NCBI GenBank assembly: GCA_903840165.1
Contig: CAIMEY010000017.1
Coordinates: 1-64,000 of the forward strand
DNA from: an uncultured Myxococcales bacterium
GTDB taxonomy: Bacteria > Myxococcota_A > UBA9042
Reading direction: 5' to 3'
DNA length: 64,000 bases
Program-made: the position numbers and the translations under genes
The notes under the pieces: generated by a model
What the model was told of the DNA's origin: nothing
The model's input: only the letters and a program-made list of their open reading frames with translations
Database searches by the model: none
Shown here: positions 30,043 to 39,455 of the stretch, piece by piece
Layout of the letters: each line of letters starts with the position of its first letter
Position numbering within the stretch: position 1 is the first letter of the stretch

Positions 30043-31878
30043 TTACTTGCACTGCCCTTGCCCCACGCAGACTTTGCCACTGGGCTGCTGGCAACAGATC
30101 TGACCGGCTGGGCAGTCAGCGATGGTGGTGCAGGTCTGCTGGGGCGGCGTTCCGCAATCCATGGGGCAATTCTGCGGCGTTTCGCCACTTTTCGCACTGC
30201 ACACGCCATCGCCGCAGTAACTTGGCGGCGGCGCTGCACAGAGGGCATCGTAATCGCTGCAGCAATTGTTGAGCTTTTTGCACGTCGCATCGCACTGGCA
30301 CGTGCTGCCGGGCAAGGTCTTGCCGCACAGGCCTTGGCAGGAGTTGGTTGAGGTGCCGCCTCCATTCAAACACTTGTTGTTTTGCGCACATTGGATGACG
30401 CTGTAGAGAATCTGCCCGGTATTGAAGTCCTTGACGCACTGCAACAAGCTGCCGCCAGCCTCCATGCATTGAGCGGCTGAGTAACACGTTGGATTGGAAG
30501 AACAAGTTTGCCAGTCGGCAGGACAAGCTTTGGCAATGCACGCTTCGACACTGTTGATAGGCGCCGGGCAATCCTGGGGGCAAGTTTGGTACGTCTCGCT
30601 GGAATCGCAAACGCCGTTACCGCAAGTAGGCGTTGTTGTTCCAGAAAAACAGTTGTTGTTCTGACCGCACTGCAGGAGCGGTAGCACCAAAGTCTGCAGG
30701 GTCGATGGGTCGGCCATGGTGGCGCACTTTTGCAAGCACGCGTTGTCCTGGCACTGCTTGGCGCAGGCCAAAACGTTAGCGCACGCAGGGGTTTGCCCGC
30801 ACTTGTTCCACTGGTCGGGGCAGGCCCCGGCGACGCAGGCGGCGATAGCCCCCGGGTCGATGCCGCCGCCGCAATCCTGGGGGCAACTCTTGGTAGTTTC
30901 GCCCGTTTCACAGCTTCCGTTGCCGCACACGGGCGTGGGCGGTTGCACAGGGATGCAGCCAGCATTGCCGCCGCATTGCCCCAAAGGATTGAGGAATTTC
31001 TGCAAGGTCACAGCGCTGACACCCTTTGCGCAACCATCCATGCAGTTGAGGTCGTTGCAGGCCATCGAACACTTGAGGACGCCCGCGCATTCCGGATAGG
31101 ACTCGCAGCTGGCGTATTCGCCTGGGCAAGCCTTTTGAAAGCATTTAAGAAGTTGGCCCGGACTGATCTGCATGCAGTCGGCCGGGCAGGTATTGACGTC
31201 CTCGCCCGAGTCGCACTGGCCGTTGCCGCACGTGGGCAAGGTCTTGCAATCACTTGGACAGTTGTACGCGTTCTCGCCCGGTTCGCAGGCTCCGTTGCCG
31301 CAAGCCGCCTGCTGACCGCCACAGTCGACTGCACAATTCATCGGCGTTTCGCCGGCTTCGCAGGCACCGTTACCACAAACGACCTTGCTGTAGCAGTCTT
31401 GGGGGCAATTCATCATGGATTCGCCCGACTCGCAGGCGCCATTGCCGCACACTGGGCCCGTGGTCGTCGTGCACAAGATCTGGTAATCAGGGCAACAATC
31501 GCCAGCCTTGGTGCATTGCTTGTCGCACTGACAGGCTGCGCTCTTGTCATACTGACCGCAGCGATTGAAACAGGAGCCGGCCGGCGGGCCCGCGTCGACG
31601 CCGATCACGCCACCATCAACGCCAAGCACGTCTGATTCGCCTCCGCTGTCATAGGGAGGCCAACCGCTGCCCAGATCTCCTGTAGTATCAGAGGGTATCA
31701 CACCGGCATCGCCGCCAACGTAGCCATCGAGGGTGCCGCCCCCATCGGTCGTGTCGCCGCCTTGGGTCAGGCCCGTGACGCCCGATGCGCTGTTGTCCGT
31801 GGCGCAGCCAACGCCCCAGAGCAGCAGACAAGCGTTGAGCAGAGCAGCGGTGAGCCAGTTACAACAGTGCGAGCGCAT
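30043..31878 (-). CDS. Secreted cysteine-rich repeat protein with two somatomedin-B-like domains
   Basis: Signal peptide. At least six 'CGNG.C(E/D).GE....CP.DC' repeats. 'CQCDKQCTKAGDCCPDYQILC' and 'CQCDATCKKLNNCCSDYDALC' fit the SMB pattern C-x-C-x3-C-x5-CC-x-D-Y-x3-C. Confidence 0.7.
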   Translation of the reverse strand: MRSHCCNWLTAALLNACLLLWGVGCATDNSASGVTGLTQGGDTTDGGGTLDGYVGGDAGVIPSDTTGDLGSGWPPYDSGGESDVLGVDGGVIGVDAGPPAGSCFNRCGQYDKSAACQCDKQCTKAGDCCPDYQILCTTTTGPVCGNGACESGESMMNCPQDCYSKVVCGNGACEAGETPMNCAVDCGGQQAACGNGACEPGENAYNCPSDCKTLPTCGNGQCDSGEDVNTCPADCMQISPGQLLKCFQKACPGEYASCESYPECAGVLKCSMACNDLNCMDGCAKGVSAVTLQKFLNPLGQCGGNAGCIPVQPPTPVCGNGSCETGETTKSCPQDCGGGIDPGAIAACVAGACPDQWNKCGQTPACANVLACAKQCQDNACLQKCATMADPSTLQTLVLPLLQCGQNNNCFSGTTTPTCGNGVCDSSETYQTCPQDCPAPINSVEACIAKACPADWQTCSSNPTCYSAAQCMEAGGSLLQCVKDFNTGQILYSVIQCAQNNKCLNGGGTSTNSCQGLCGKTLPGSTCQCDATCKKLNNCCSDYDALCAAPPPSYCGDGVCSAKSGETPQNCPMDCGTPPQQTCTTIADCPAGQICCQQPSGKVCVGQGQCK

Positions 31879-32128
31879 GGTTCCTCGTCCAGGAATTTAG
31901 GCTAATCCCTTGAATTTCCGAAGCATTCTACGACCCTGCCTCCACGGGCAGTCAATGGTCTGCCTTCACGGTACCGCATTCCTCGCGGGTTTGCCAAGGG
32001 CAAAAAATGCCCAATCTCCAACCGGTGTTCCTAAGGCCTGTACCAAGCTTGGCCTCCCCCCTGGTCGAGGCGCGGCGGCCCATGCTATACCCACCCACGC
32101 GCCGTGGACGGACGCACTGCCGCGGGCA

Positions 32129-32971
32129 ATGGCCGCTCTTGACACCACAACTCGCATTCAAGCGCCTGAATTATTAGCGTTTGACTTTGAGCTGGCCGGC
32201 CCTTGGCGGCGTGCTTGGGCCTATGGCCTGGACCTGATCCTGCGGGGCGGTGCCTTTGCCGGCGCGGTCATTGTGCTGCTGACCGTGACGCAGTGGTTTT
32301 CGTCCTATGAAGACCTTGTGCAAACCCATGAAGCATTTATGCTTTTGCTGTGGTTCGCCCTCGAATGGGGCTACCACGTTCTGTTTGAGTGGCTCTGGGG
32401 CGGCCGCACCCCAGGCAAGAAGGTTTTGCACCTCCGAGTCCTGAAAACGGGTGGATATCCCATCGGTTTGCAAGAGGCCGTACTGCGCAACCTGCTGCGC
32501 GCAGCAGATCTCCTGCCGGCTTTGGTGCCCGGTTCCGTTTTTACGGTCCCGTCCTACCTCACCGGCACCTTGGTCTCAGCCGTCGATCCCCTCTTCCGCC
32601 GACTAGGCGACCATGTGGCTGATACGATGGTGATTTGTGACCGACCTCGCCCTTTGCCCTGGCCCAGGGAGGTCGTGCCGCCCATCGCCGCCGCAGAGCG
32701 CCTCGGTCTGCCGCAGCGCCCGCAGCTGAGCCTCAGCGAACGTCAAGTCCTGGCCGCCTTCTGCCACCGCTGGCACGAAATCGGCGAGGGTCGGCGCGAC
32801 GAGATTGCCCTTGAATTCGCGACTTTGCTTGCCGATCGCTGGAGCTGTTTGCTGCCTGCATCGCCTGCCCGTTTCCTGCAGGTGGCGTATCAGCAGTGGC
32901 TCGACGGACAAAGCGCCCTGAGCAACGGACCCCAAGGGCCACGCACCGCCCACAGCGCGGGGCCACCATGA
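32129..32971 (+). CDS. RDD-family membrane protein
   Basis: 'WGGRTPGKKVLHLRVLKTGGYPIGLQEAVLRNLLRAADLLP' RDD motif region. The stop overlaps the next start (ATGA). Confidence 0.7.
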   Translation: MAALDTTTRIQAPELLAFDFELAGPWRRAWAYGLDLILRGGAFAGAVIVLLTVTQWFSSYEDLVQTHEAFMLLLWFALEWGYHVLFEWLWGGRTPGKKVLHLRVLKTGGYPIGLQEAVLRNLLRAADLLPALVPGSVFTVPSYLTGTLVSAVDPLFRRLGDHVADTMVICDRPRPLPWPREVVPPIAAAERLGLPQRPQLSLSERQVLAAFCHRWHEIGEGRRDEIALEFATLLADRWSCLLPASPARFLQVAYQQWLDGQSALSNGPQGPRTAHSAGPP

Positions 32972-33963
32972 ATCAGGCGGATTTGCTCAGCAATCGCTCC
33001 AAGTCGTGGCTCGAGCTGCAGCGCCTGACCAACGGCCAAGGCCGTCACGGCAAAGGGCTGACTGCGCAAGATTACATGGAGTTAGGGCAGCTCTATCGCC
33101 AAGCCTGTGCCGATGCCGCGCGGGCCCGCAGTGCCGGCGTCGATGAGGTGACCCTAGCCTACCTCGATACCCTGCTTGCCCGCAGCCATCACCTGTTTTA
33201 TCAGGCACCTCCAGCAGCGCCAGGGGCTTTTCGCCACCTTTTGCAGGTGCGCTTTCCCCAGGCCGTCCGCGCCAATGCGCGCCTGTTCGCCGCCGCCAAC
33301 CTTGTGTTTTATGGGCCTTTTTTTTTCGGCTTGCTCGTCCCTTTGCTGCTGCCAGGCTTTGCCTCCGCCTTGCTCGGTGCCGATCAGGTCGAGCAATTTC
33401 GCGATATGTATAGCAAAATCAATGACGAAGGTCGGACACTGGGATCGGGGTCCGCAGCCGTCAGTTACTACATTCAACACAATATCACCATTGCTTTTGA
33501 GGTCTTTGCCTGCGGCATCTTCGCCGGATTGGGCAGCCTGTTCATGCTCAGCTACCAGGGCCTGGTCCTCGGCACCGTCCATGGCTTGCTAATTGCTGAC
33601 GGCAAAGGCATGAACTTACTTACTTTTGTCTGTGGCCATGGCCCCTGGGAACTCACCGCCATCGTCCTTGCGGGATTGGGCGGCATGCGCATGGGGCTGG
33701 CGTGGGTCGACACCCAAGGCCGCACGCGCATGGGGAGTTTGCGCGCCGCACGCCAAGATATCGCCGCTATTATCCTCGGCGCGGCAGCCATGTTGACCAT
33801 CGCTGCAACGCTCGAAGGCCTGTGGAGCCCGAGCCAAGCACCGCCCTGGGCCAAGTGGCTGATGTCCATTGTGCAAATAGCCTGTGTCATTGGATACTTG
33901 GCTCGTTCCGGCCTCAGCAGGAACCTCCGTTCCGGTCTCGATGTCTCGCCGAGACGGCCATGA
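32968..33963 (+). CDS. SpoIIM-like/DUF95 family membrane protein
   Basis: Multi-TM protein with 'FACGIFAGLGSLFMLSYQGLVLG' and 'GHGPWELTAIVLAGLGG' characteristic of the family, in the canonical MoxR-cluster context. Confidence 0.65.
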   Translation: MNQADLLSNRSKSWLELQRLTNGQGRHGKGLTAQDYMELGQLYRQACADAARARSAGVDEVTLAYLDTLLARSHHLFYQAPPAAPGAFRHLLQVRFPQAVRANARLFAAANLVFYGPFFFGLLVPLLLPGFASALLGADQVEQFRDMYSKINDEGRTLGSGSAAVSYYIQHNITIAFEVFACGIFAGLGSLFMLSYQGLVLGTVHGLLIADGKGMNLLTFVCGHGPWELTAIVLAGLGGMRMGLAWVDTQGRTRMGSLRAARQDIAAIILGAAAMLTIAATLEGLWSPSQAPPWAKWLMSIVQIACVIGYLARSGLSRNLRSGLDVSPRRP

Positions 33964-34781
33964 CCGCCATGACGCCCTCAAACCTTGATGCAGCCTCGCA
34001 GAATCGCGCTGCGATCACCCACCAAGTGGTCCTCAGGCCACGCAGCCTGATGGAAATCGGCGACTTGACCACCGCCTTTTTACGCACTCATCCCCTTATT
34101 TTTGCAAAGGTTTTGCCCATTGCCCTCAGCCACTGCCTGCTGGTAGGCCTGCTCGCCAACGCCAAAACCGACGCAGCGACCTGCTGGTGGATCCTCTGGG
34201 CCCTAGGCCCGGTCACTTGCAGCGTCGCTACGGTCATCGGCGGAGATCTACTCTTAAATCCAAGTACTTCTGCCCGCAGTGCCATCATGCGCTGGCGTCG
34301 GGGCCTGGGCGGCCTCGTCGGCGGTCGCCTGCTCGACCTGTTGGTCAAGAGCCTAACCTTTGGACTTTTGGCCGGCAGCCTCTCCTTCTTTCCAGAGGTT
34401 GTCTTGCTCGAACGCGGCGGAGCCACCGCCATCAGCAGGCGCAGCGGCCACCTGTTATCCGCCACGCCTGGCCGGTGGATCAGCCTGAGTTTATTAGCCT
34501 TACTCGTCCCACTGCTGGGCCTATGGGCCGGCGAAGTGGCCTGGCACGGCTTGCGCTGGGTCACGGCCATGCCCAAGGCACCCAGCGCGCTGGTGGAACA
34601 GGGCTGGTCCTGGCCGGCGCTTGTTGGCTTTGGCTGCGGCCAATTCTACTTTGCAGTCATGCGCTTTCTGGCCTACATCGACGCCCGAACCCGCCGCGAA
34701 GGCTGGGACCTCGCCGTGCGCTTTGCCGGCCTATGCGACGCAGCCCGCGTTCAGGGCAGTGGCGCGCGGGGTCGCCCATGA
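33960..34781 (+). CDS. Hypothetical multi-pass membrane protein (MoxR-cluster member)
   Basis: Hydrophobic segments. Start at MTAMTPS overlaps the previous stop. The stop overlaps the next start. Confidence 0.5.
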   Translation: MTAMTPSNLDAASQNRAAITHQVVLRPRSLMEIGDLTTAFLRTHPLIFAKVLPIALSHCLLVGLLANAKTDAATCWWILWALGPVTCSVATVIGGDLLLNPSTSARSAIMRWRRGLGGLVGGRLLDLLVKSLTFGLLAGSLSFFPEVVLLERGGATAISRRSGHLLSATPGRWISLSLLALLVPLLGLWAGEVAWHGLRWVTAMPKAPSALVEQGWSWPALVGFGCGQFYFAVMRFLAYIDARTRREGWDLAVRFAGLCDAARVQGSGARGRP

Positions 34782-37024
34782 TCAAGGCGGTTTCCCGTAT
34801 CGTTGTCGGGCTTTTTCTGGTTGCCGCGAGCGCCTTGCCTTGCCTCGCCGTCACGCAACCGTCAACGCCGGCGGAAAGCCCGGATGCTGCGGCCCGACGC
34901 ATACTCCAGCACAATGACTACGCTTTTTGCCAGAAGCCTACGGTTCATGCGCTGGACATTGACCCGGCGTGGTGCGAAATCGCCGAGAAAGCGACCTATT
35001 GTCCAGCAATTGTCCAGCACTGCCTGGTCCACTCTGGACCCCAGCAGCCGGGAGCGCGTGACCTAGCCACGTCGGCGTCGTCGACGCAGGATGGGGCCCC
35101 GACCAAGGCCCAGCCCAAGCAACGCCTGCATGAACAACATGCCTTTACGTCTCCGGAGTTATCGGAGTCCTGGCGAGTGCCGGATTGGCTGGCCGTGCTG
35201 CACCAGTTGGCCGTTGGCCTGGCCATCGGTGCCGTGCTGGCGCTGCTGGTGTGGCTGTGGCGGCAGCGCACAGCGCCGGGACCTTCGGTGCCGCCAAAGA
35301 CTGCCCCTGAGCCCCAGGCCAAGACCCAAGCTGTGGTGATCGCCGGCGAAGAACAACGTGATCCTCAGGTGTTGCTGGCCCTTGCTCAACAGGCGCTGGC
35401 CGAAGATCCCGCGCGGGCCTATGCCTTGCTCTATGCGGCAGCACTGCGTCATTTGGAGCTGCAGGGCCTGCTGCGCCGCCAAGCGTCGACCAGTAACCGC
35501 GAGTATTTACGCCGAATTGCCGGCAAGACTCCCCTGCATCCCCTGCTGCAGCAGTTGGTGCGCGACATCGAAAGGCAGCGCTTTGGCGGTGCCACGGCCG
35601 ATCGCAGTCGCTGGGCGCAGTTACAGCAGGCCATCGCCCCTCTCCTGACCGTCTTGCTGGTGACTTTGATGGGCTGCGCGATGCCGGGCGATGCGGACCT
35701 CGAAGGGCGAGCGGCGGTCTGGGATCTCTTGCGTAGTCAAGGACTTGACGTGCACGGCCTGAGTTGGTCCCTGGCTGACCTGGACCGCAAATCGCCGGTG
35801 GTGGTGGTGGATACGGCGCAAATTCCCTTGGAACCATCGCTGACTACGGCGCTGGATACCAGTGTTCGCCGGGGCGCGCGGCTGCTATTGCTCATTGACG
35901 GCAATCAAGACCTGGGCGCCTGGCTGCCCGTTGCCGTCACCGCGACTGAGGCCAGAGGACCTGTGCGTATCGCCGATAACTACCTGCCAACCTTTGATTT
36001 ATTGGCCCCACAACCCTGGGTGCCTGACCATCAAGGCTTGCGCGATGCCGCCTTGCCGGGCGATGGACCAAGCGACCCAGAGTGGCTGCAATACCTGCAT
36101 GATCAGGGCTATTGTTGGACTGAGGCCCAATCCTGCGGTGATGAGGCCTGGACGGGCGACGACTCGGAGGAGGACGCCGCCACCGCTGAGCCTTGCGAGT
36201 CGTCCGCAGACGCGACCGAGGATGCCGACGTCGCAGACGCAGCGTCTTTTACCGCGAAGCAAGCACAACCTGCTGAAACAAATACATTAACCACTGCCGA
36301 ATTGCCTGAGGCACCGACGATGGATCACGGCCAAGCCGTCTTTTTTCGTGGTGATATTGCCATTGCCCGTCACTGGCAGTTGGGGCAGGGCGAGGTCGTT
36401 GTGCTGGCCGAACCGCGCCTGCTGAGCAACGCCGCCTTGGCCATTCCCGGCACCGCTCCCCTGGTGATGGGCCTGTTGGGCGTCCTACTGCGCGGCGATA
36501 GCGAGGTGGCCCTGGCACAGGTGGGCCTGGTCGCTCCTCCCGATTCCCCAGTTGATTCAATGGGTCGCTCCGGCCTTCTGCCTTTGCTGGTGCACGCGAT
36601 GCTTGCGGTGGGCGTGTGGCTCCTCAGCCGGGGCATGGCCCTGGGCCGTCTGCGCGACAATGATCAGCGCACCCGCCGCGTTTTTGCTGAACATGTGCAG
36701 GCCTTGGGCCAACATCTGCGCCGCAAACGCGCCAGTCGCCTTGCCGCTAGTCAGTATGCCAGCTGGGCCCTAGAACGCTTGTGGTTGCGCGACCTTCGCC
36801 CGGGCCAGCCGCGTCACTGGCCGACCTTGGCTGCGGCCGTCGCCCAACGTTGTGGCCGGCCCTTGGCCCAAGTGGCGGCGCTGCTCGAGAAAGCAGAAAC
36901 CATCCGGCAAACGCCCGATAACCCTTCGTTTCCCCAGCAAGATCTGGCGCTCATCGAAGCATTAGAGTCCCTGCTAGAAGAGGCCCAACCCTCAGCCCCG
37001 TCCACCCCAGCGGTCCAGCGCTGA
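34778..37024 (+). CDS. DUF4129-like / DUF4350-like fusion protein (membrane-anchored, acidic C-terminus)
   Basis: Signal/TM at MIKAVSRIVVGLFLVAASALPCLA. A second TM is followed by a 'SNREYLRRIAGKTPLHPLLQQLVRDIERQRFG' region typical of DUF4129. The later part resembles the periplasmic DUF4350 that normally partners MoxR/DUF58. Confidence 0.55.
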   Translation: MIKAVSRIVVGLFLVAASALPCLAVTQPSTPAESPDAAARRILQHNDYAFCQKPTVHALDIDPAWCEIAEKATYCPAIVQHCLVHSGPQQPGARDLATSASSTQDGAPTKAQPKQRLHEQHAFTSPELSESWRVPDWLAVLHQLAVGLAIGAVLALLVWLWRQRTAPGPSVPPKTAPEPQAKTQAVVIAGEEQRDPQVLLALAQQALAEDPARAYALLYAAALRHLELQGLLRRQASTSNREYLRRIAGKTPLHPLLQQLVRDIERQRFGGATADRSRWAQLQQAIAPLLTVLLVTLMGCAMPGDADLEGRAAVWDLLRSQGLDVHGLSWSLADLDRKSPVVVVDTAQIPLEPSLTTALDTSVRRGARLLLLIDGNQDLGAWLPVAVTATEARGPVRIADNYLPTFDLLAPQPWVPDHQGLRDAALPGDGPSDPEWLQYLHDQGYCWTEAQSCGDEAWTGDDSEEDAATAEPCESSADATEDADVADAASFTAKQAQPAETNTLTTAELPEAPTMDHGQAVFFRGDIAIARHWQLGQGEVVVLAEPRLLSNAALAIPGTAPLVMGLLGVLLRGDSEVALAQVGLVAPPDSPVDSMGRSGLLPLLVHAMLAVGVWLLSRGMALGRLRDNDQRTRRVFAEHVQALGQHLRRKRASRLAASQYASWALERLWLRDLRPGQPRHWPTLAAAVAQRCGRPLAQVAALLEKAETIRQTPDNPSFPQQDLALIEALESLLEEAQPSAPSTPAVQR

Positions 37025-37037
37025 TCCAGGAGTCCCC

Positions 37038-38012
37038 GTGAGCGACCAAGACCTGCAGCATTTTGCCCAAACGTATCAAAGCCTTCACCAGGCCATTGGC
37101 CGCGTCGTCGTCGGTCAGGCGGAAGTGGTCGATGGCGTCCTCTGCGCCCTTTTTGCCCGCGGTCACGTGCTGATCGAAGGCGTGCCAGGCCTGGGAAAAA
37201 CGCTATTGGTTCGGGCGCTTGCCAAGACCTTGGACTGCCAGTTCAAGCGCATCCAGTTCACACCGGACCTGATGCCTTCGGACGTCACCGGGGGTAGCAT
37301 CTTTGACTCGCGCGAAAACCAATTTCGCTTCGTGCAAGGCCCTGTTTTTACGCAGATTCTGCTCGCCGACGAAATCAACCGCGCCCCCGCCAAGACCCAA
37401 GCGGCGCTGCTCGAGGCGATGCAGGAACGGCAGGTGACGGTCGATGGGCGTACCCTGCCCTTGCCGCGCCCCTTCATCACGCTAGCGACGCAGAATCCCA
37501 TTGAATCTCAAGGCACCTACGCGCTACCCGAGGCGCAGCTCGACCGCTTCCTCTTCAAGCTTCTGGTCCAATATCCGTCCCTGTCCGACGAGCGGGGCAT
37601 TCTTCGTTTACATTTAGCAGGGTTAGACCCGGCCGACTTTTCGCGGGTGGGCCTGGAGCCCTTGGTAAACGTCGAGCAACTGCTCGCTTTGCAAGCGATT
37701 ATCGACACAGTGACCGTCGATGATGCGGTGGTCGACTACGTTGTGCGCTTGGTTCACGCCACCCGCAGTCACCGCGCCGTGCAACTCGGCGCAAGTCCTC
37801 GGGCTTCTGTGGCCCTCATCGCGGCCGGTCGGGTGCGGGCTGCGGCGGAGGCGAGGTCCTTTGTGGTGCCTGACGACATCAAGGCCTTTGCGGCCGAAGT
37901 ATTCCGTCATCGAATCACGCTGTTGCCAGATGCCGAACTCGAAGGGCTAACGGCCGATGAAGTGGTCGCGGCCATCCTGCGCGAAGTACCCGTGCCCAAG
38001 TCCGAGGCGTAA
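37038..38012 (+). CDS. MoxR-family AAA+ ATPase
   Basis: 'GHVLIEGVPGLGKTLLVRALAKTL...IQFTPDLMPSDVTG' Walker A plus the MoxR signature. Confidence 0.9.
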   Translation: MSDQDLQHFAQTYQSLHQAIGRVVVGQAEVVDGVLCALFARGHVLIEGVPGLGKTLLVRALAKTLDCQFKRIQFTPDLMPSDVTGGSIFDSRENQFRFVQGPVFTQILLADEINRAPAKTQAALLEAMQERQVTVDGRTLPLPRPFITLATQNPIESQGTYALPEAQLDRFLFKLLVQYPSLSDERGILRLHLAGLDPADFSRVGLEPLVNVEQLLALQAIIDTVTVDDAVVDYVVRLVHATRSHRAVQLGASPRASVALIAAGRVRAAAEARSFVVPDDIKAFAAEVFRHRITLLPDAELEGLTADEVVAAILREVPVPKSEA

Positions 38013-38027
38013 CCCACCTATTGCCAT

Positions 38028-39407
38028 TTGTTTCAAGCCATTAGCCAAGGCTTTCTGACCATGCCCGAGCCCCTCAAAGCCATTCGCCTGGTGCCGACGC
38101 CGCGCCTCGCCGCCCTTGTGGCGGTAGCCGCCGTGGCTGCGGTGTGGACTGCCATGGCGCGCCTGATGAGCTGGACCCATGATTTGCTTGACCTTATCCT
38201 GATTTGGGACGGGATGGTCGTGGCGGTCGCCGTGCTCGACGCCAGCCTCGGCCGACAGCTGCCCCTGACACTGGAGCGGCAGGTAGCCCGAGTCCTTTCC
38301 GTCGGCAGGCCCAATCCTGCATTGATTGTATTGCATAATTCTGGCCGCCAAGCCCTGCGGGTGACGGTTCAGGATGACGGTGCCGAGGCCATTGAGGTGC
38401 AAGGCCTTGCCGTAGACACCGTGGCGCCCTCTGGGTCAACCGTAGAAATTCGCTATTATTTACAGCCCGCCAAGCGCGGGGAGCACCGCCTCGGTGACCT
38501 ATGGCTGCGCACGCCTAGTCGCCTCGGGCTGTGGCAGCGGCAGGTCCGGGTGCCGGCCCAGCAAATCGTCCGTGTTTACCCCGATGTGCAGCAGGTGCGG
38601 GTCTGGGATCTCATGGTCCTGCAATCGCGGGACAGCTTGTCGCGGGCGACCCGTCAGCGCGGTGGTGAGACGGAATTCGAACGATTGCGCGAGTATACCC
38701 AAGATGACGACGTCCGGCACATCGACTGGCGGGCGACGGCGCGGCATCGCAGCATCATCGCCCGGGAATTCCAACTGGAAAGCAATCAGAATATCCTTTT
38801 TGCCCTGGACCTAGGACGCCTTTTGAGCGCGAGCAGTGGCGGTTTGTCCTTGCTGGACCATAGCTTGAATGCCACGCTGATGCTGGCCCACGTGGCAGCC
38901 CGCGCCGGCGATCAAGTAGGGTTGATGGCTTTTGACCGTGAAATCAGGGCTTTTCTGATGCCCGAAGCCGGCCCGCGCGCCGTCAAGCGGATTATTCAGG
39001 CCAGCTATGACCTGCAACCTACCGATGATGAACCGGATTATCGCACTGTGCTGACGCAGTTGCGCCGGCGCCTGCGCAAACGGTCCCTGGTGGTGCTTTT
39101 TACCCAAGTCGCCGATGAAGAGACACAGAAGACCCTGATTCCATTGATTAAAGCCCTGAGCCCTGGGCATCTGCCTCTGTGTGTCATGCTGCGAGACCCG
39201 GCTTTGGAAGACCTACTCAGTCCCCGCCATCGCGGCGCTGAGGCCCTCTATGCCAAGGGCCCGGCGGCGGCAGAACTGCAGTGGCGGCAGCGGGTTGTCG
39301 ATGATATGCGTCGCGCCGGCGCCTTGGTCCTGCACGTGAAACCGCAGGAACTGACGGCGGAACTCATCAGTCGATACCTGGAGGTCAAGCGCCGTCAGTG
39401 GCTTTAG
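38028..39407 (+). CDS. DUF58 (vWA-like) domain protein, MoxR partner
   Basis: 'YTQDDDVRHIDWRATARHRSIIAREFQLESNQNILFALDLGRLL' is the DUF58 core. Confidence 0.8.
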   Translation: MFQAISQGFLTMPEPLKAIRLVPTPRLAALVAVAAVAAVWTAMARLMSWTHDLLDLILIWDGMVVAVAVLDASLGRQLPLTLERQVARVLSVGRPNPALIVLHNSGRQALRVTVQDDGAEAIEVQGLAVDTVAPSGSTVEIRYYLQPAKRGEHRLGDLWLRTPSRLGLWQRQVRVPAQQIVRVYPDVQQVRVWDLMVLQSRDSLSRATRQRGGETEFERLREYTQDDDVRHIDWRATARHRSIIAREFQLESNQNILFALDLGRLLSASSGGLSLLDHSLNATLMLAHVAARAGDQVGLMAFDREIRAFLMPEAGPRAVKRIIQASYDLQPTDDEPDYRTVLTQLRRRLRKRSLVVLFTQVADEETQKTLIPLIKALSPGHLPLCVMLRDPALEDLLSPRHRGAEALYAKGPAAAELQWRQRVVDDMRRAGALVLHVKPQELTAELISRYLEVKRRQWL

Positions 39408-39455
39408 CCAAGCCAATTCACCAAGTCTGTAAGTAATTTCGTAGGATTAGTTGAG

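Noticed and set aside
30730-31635. 301-aa plus-strand ORF
   Set aside because: It is antisense to the Cys-repeat/SMB protein gene and consists of Ala/Arg/Gly-rich junk.
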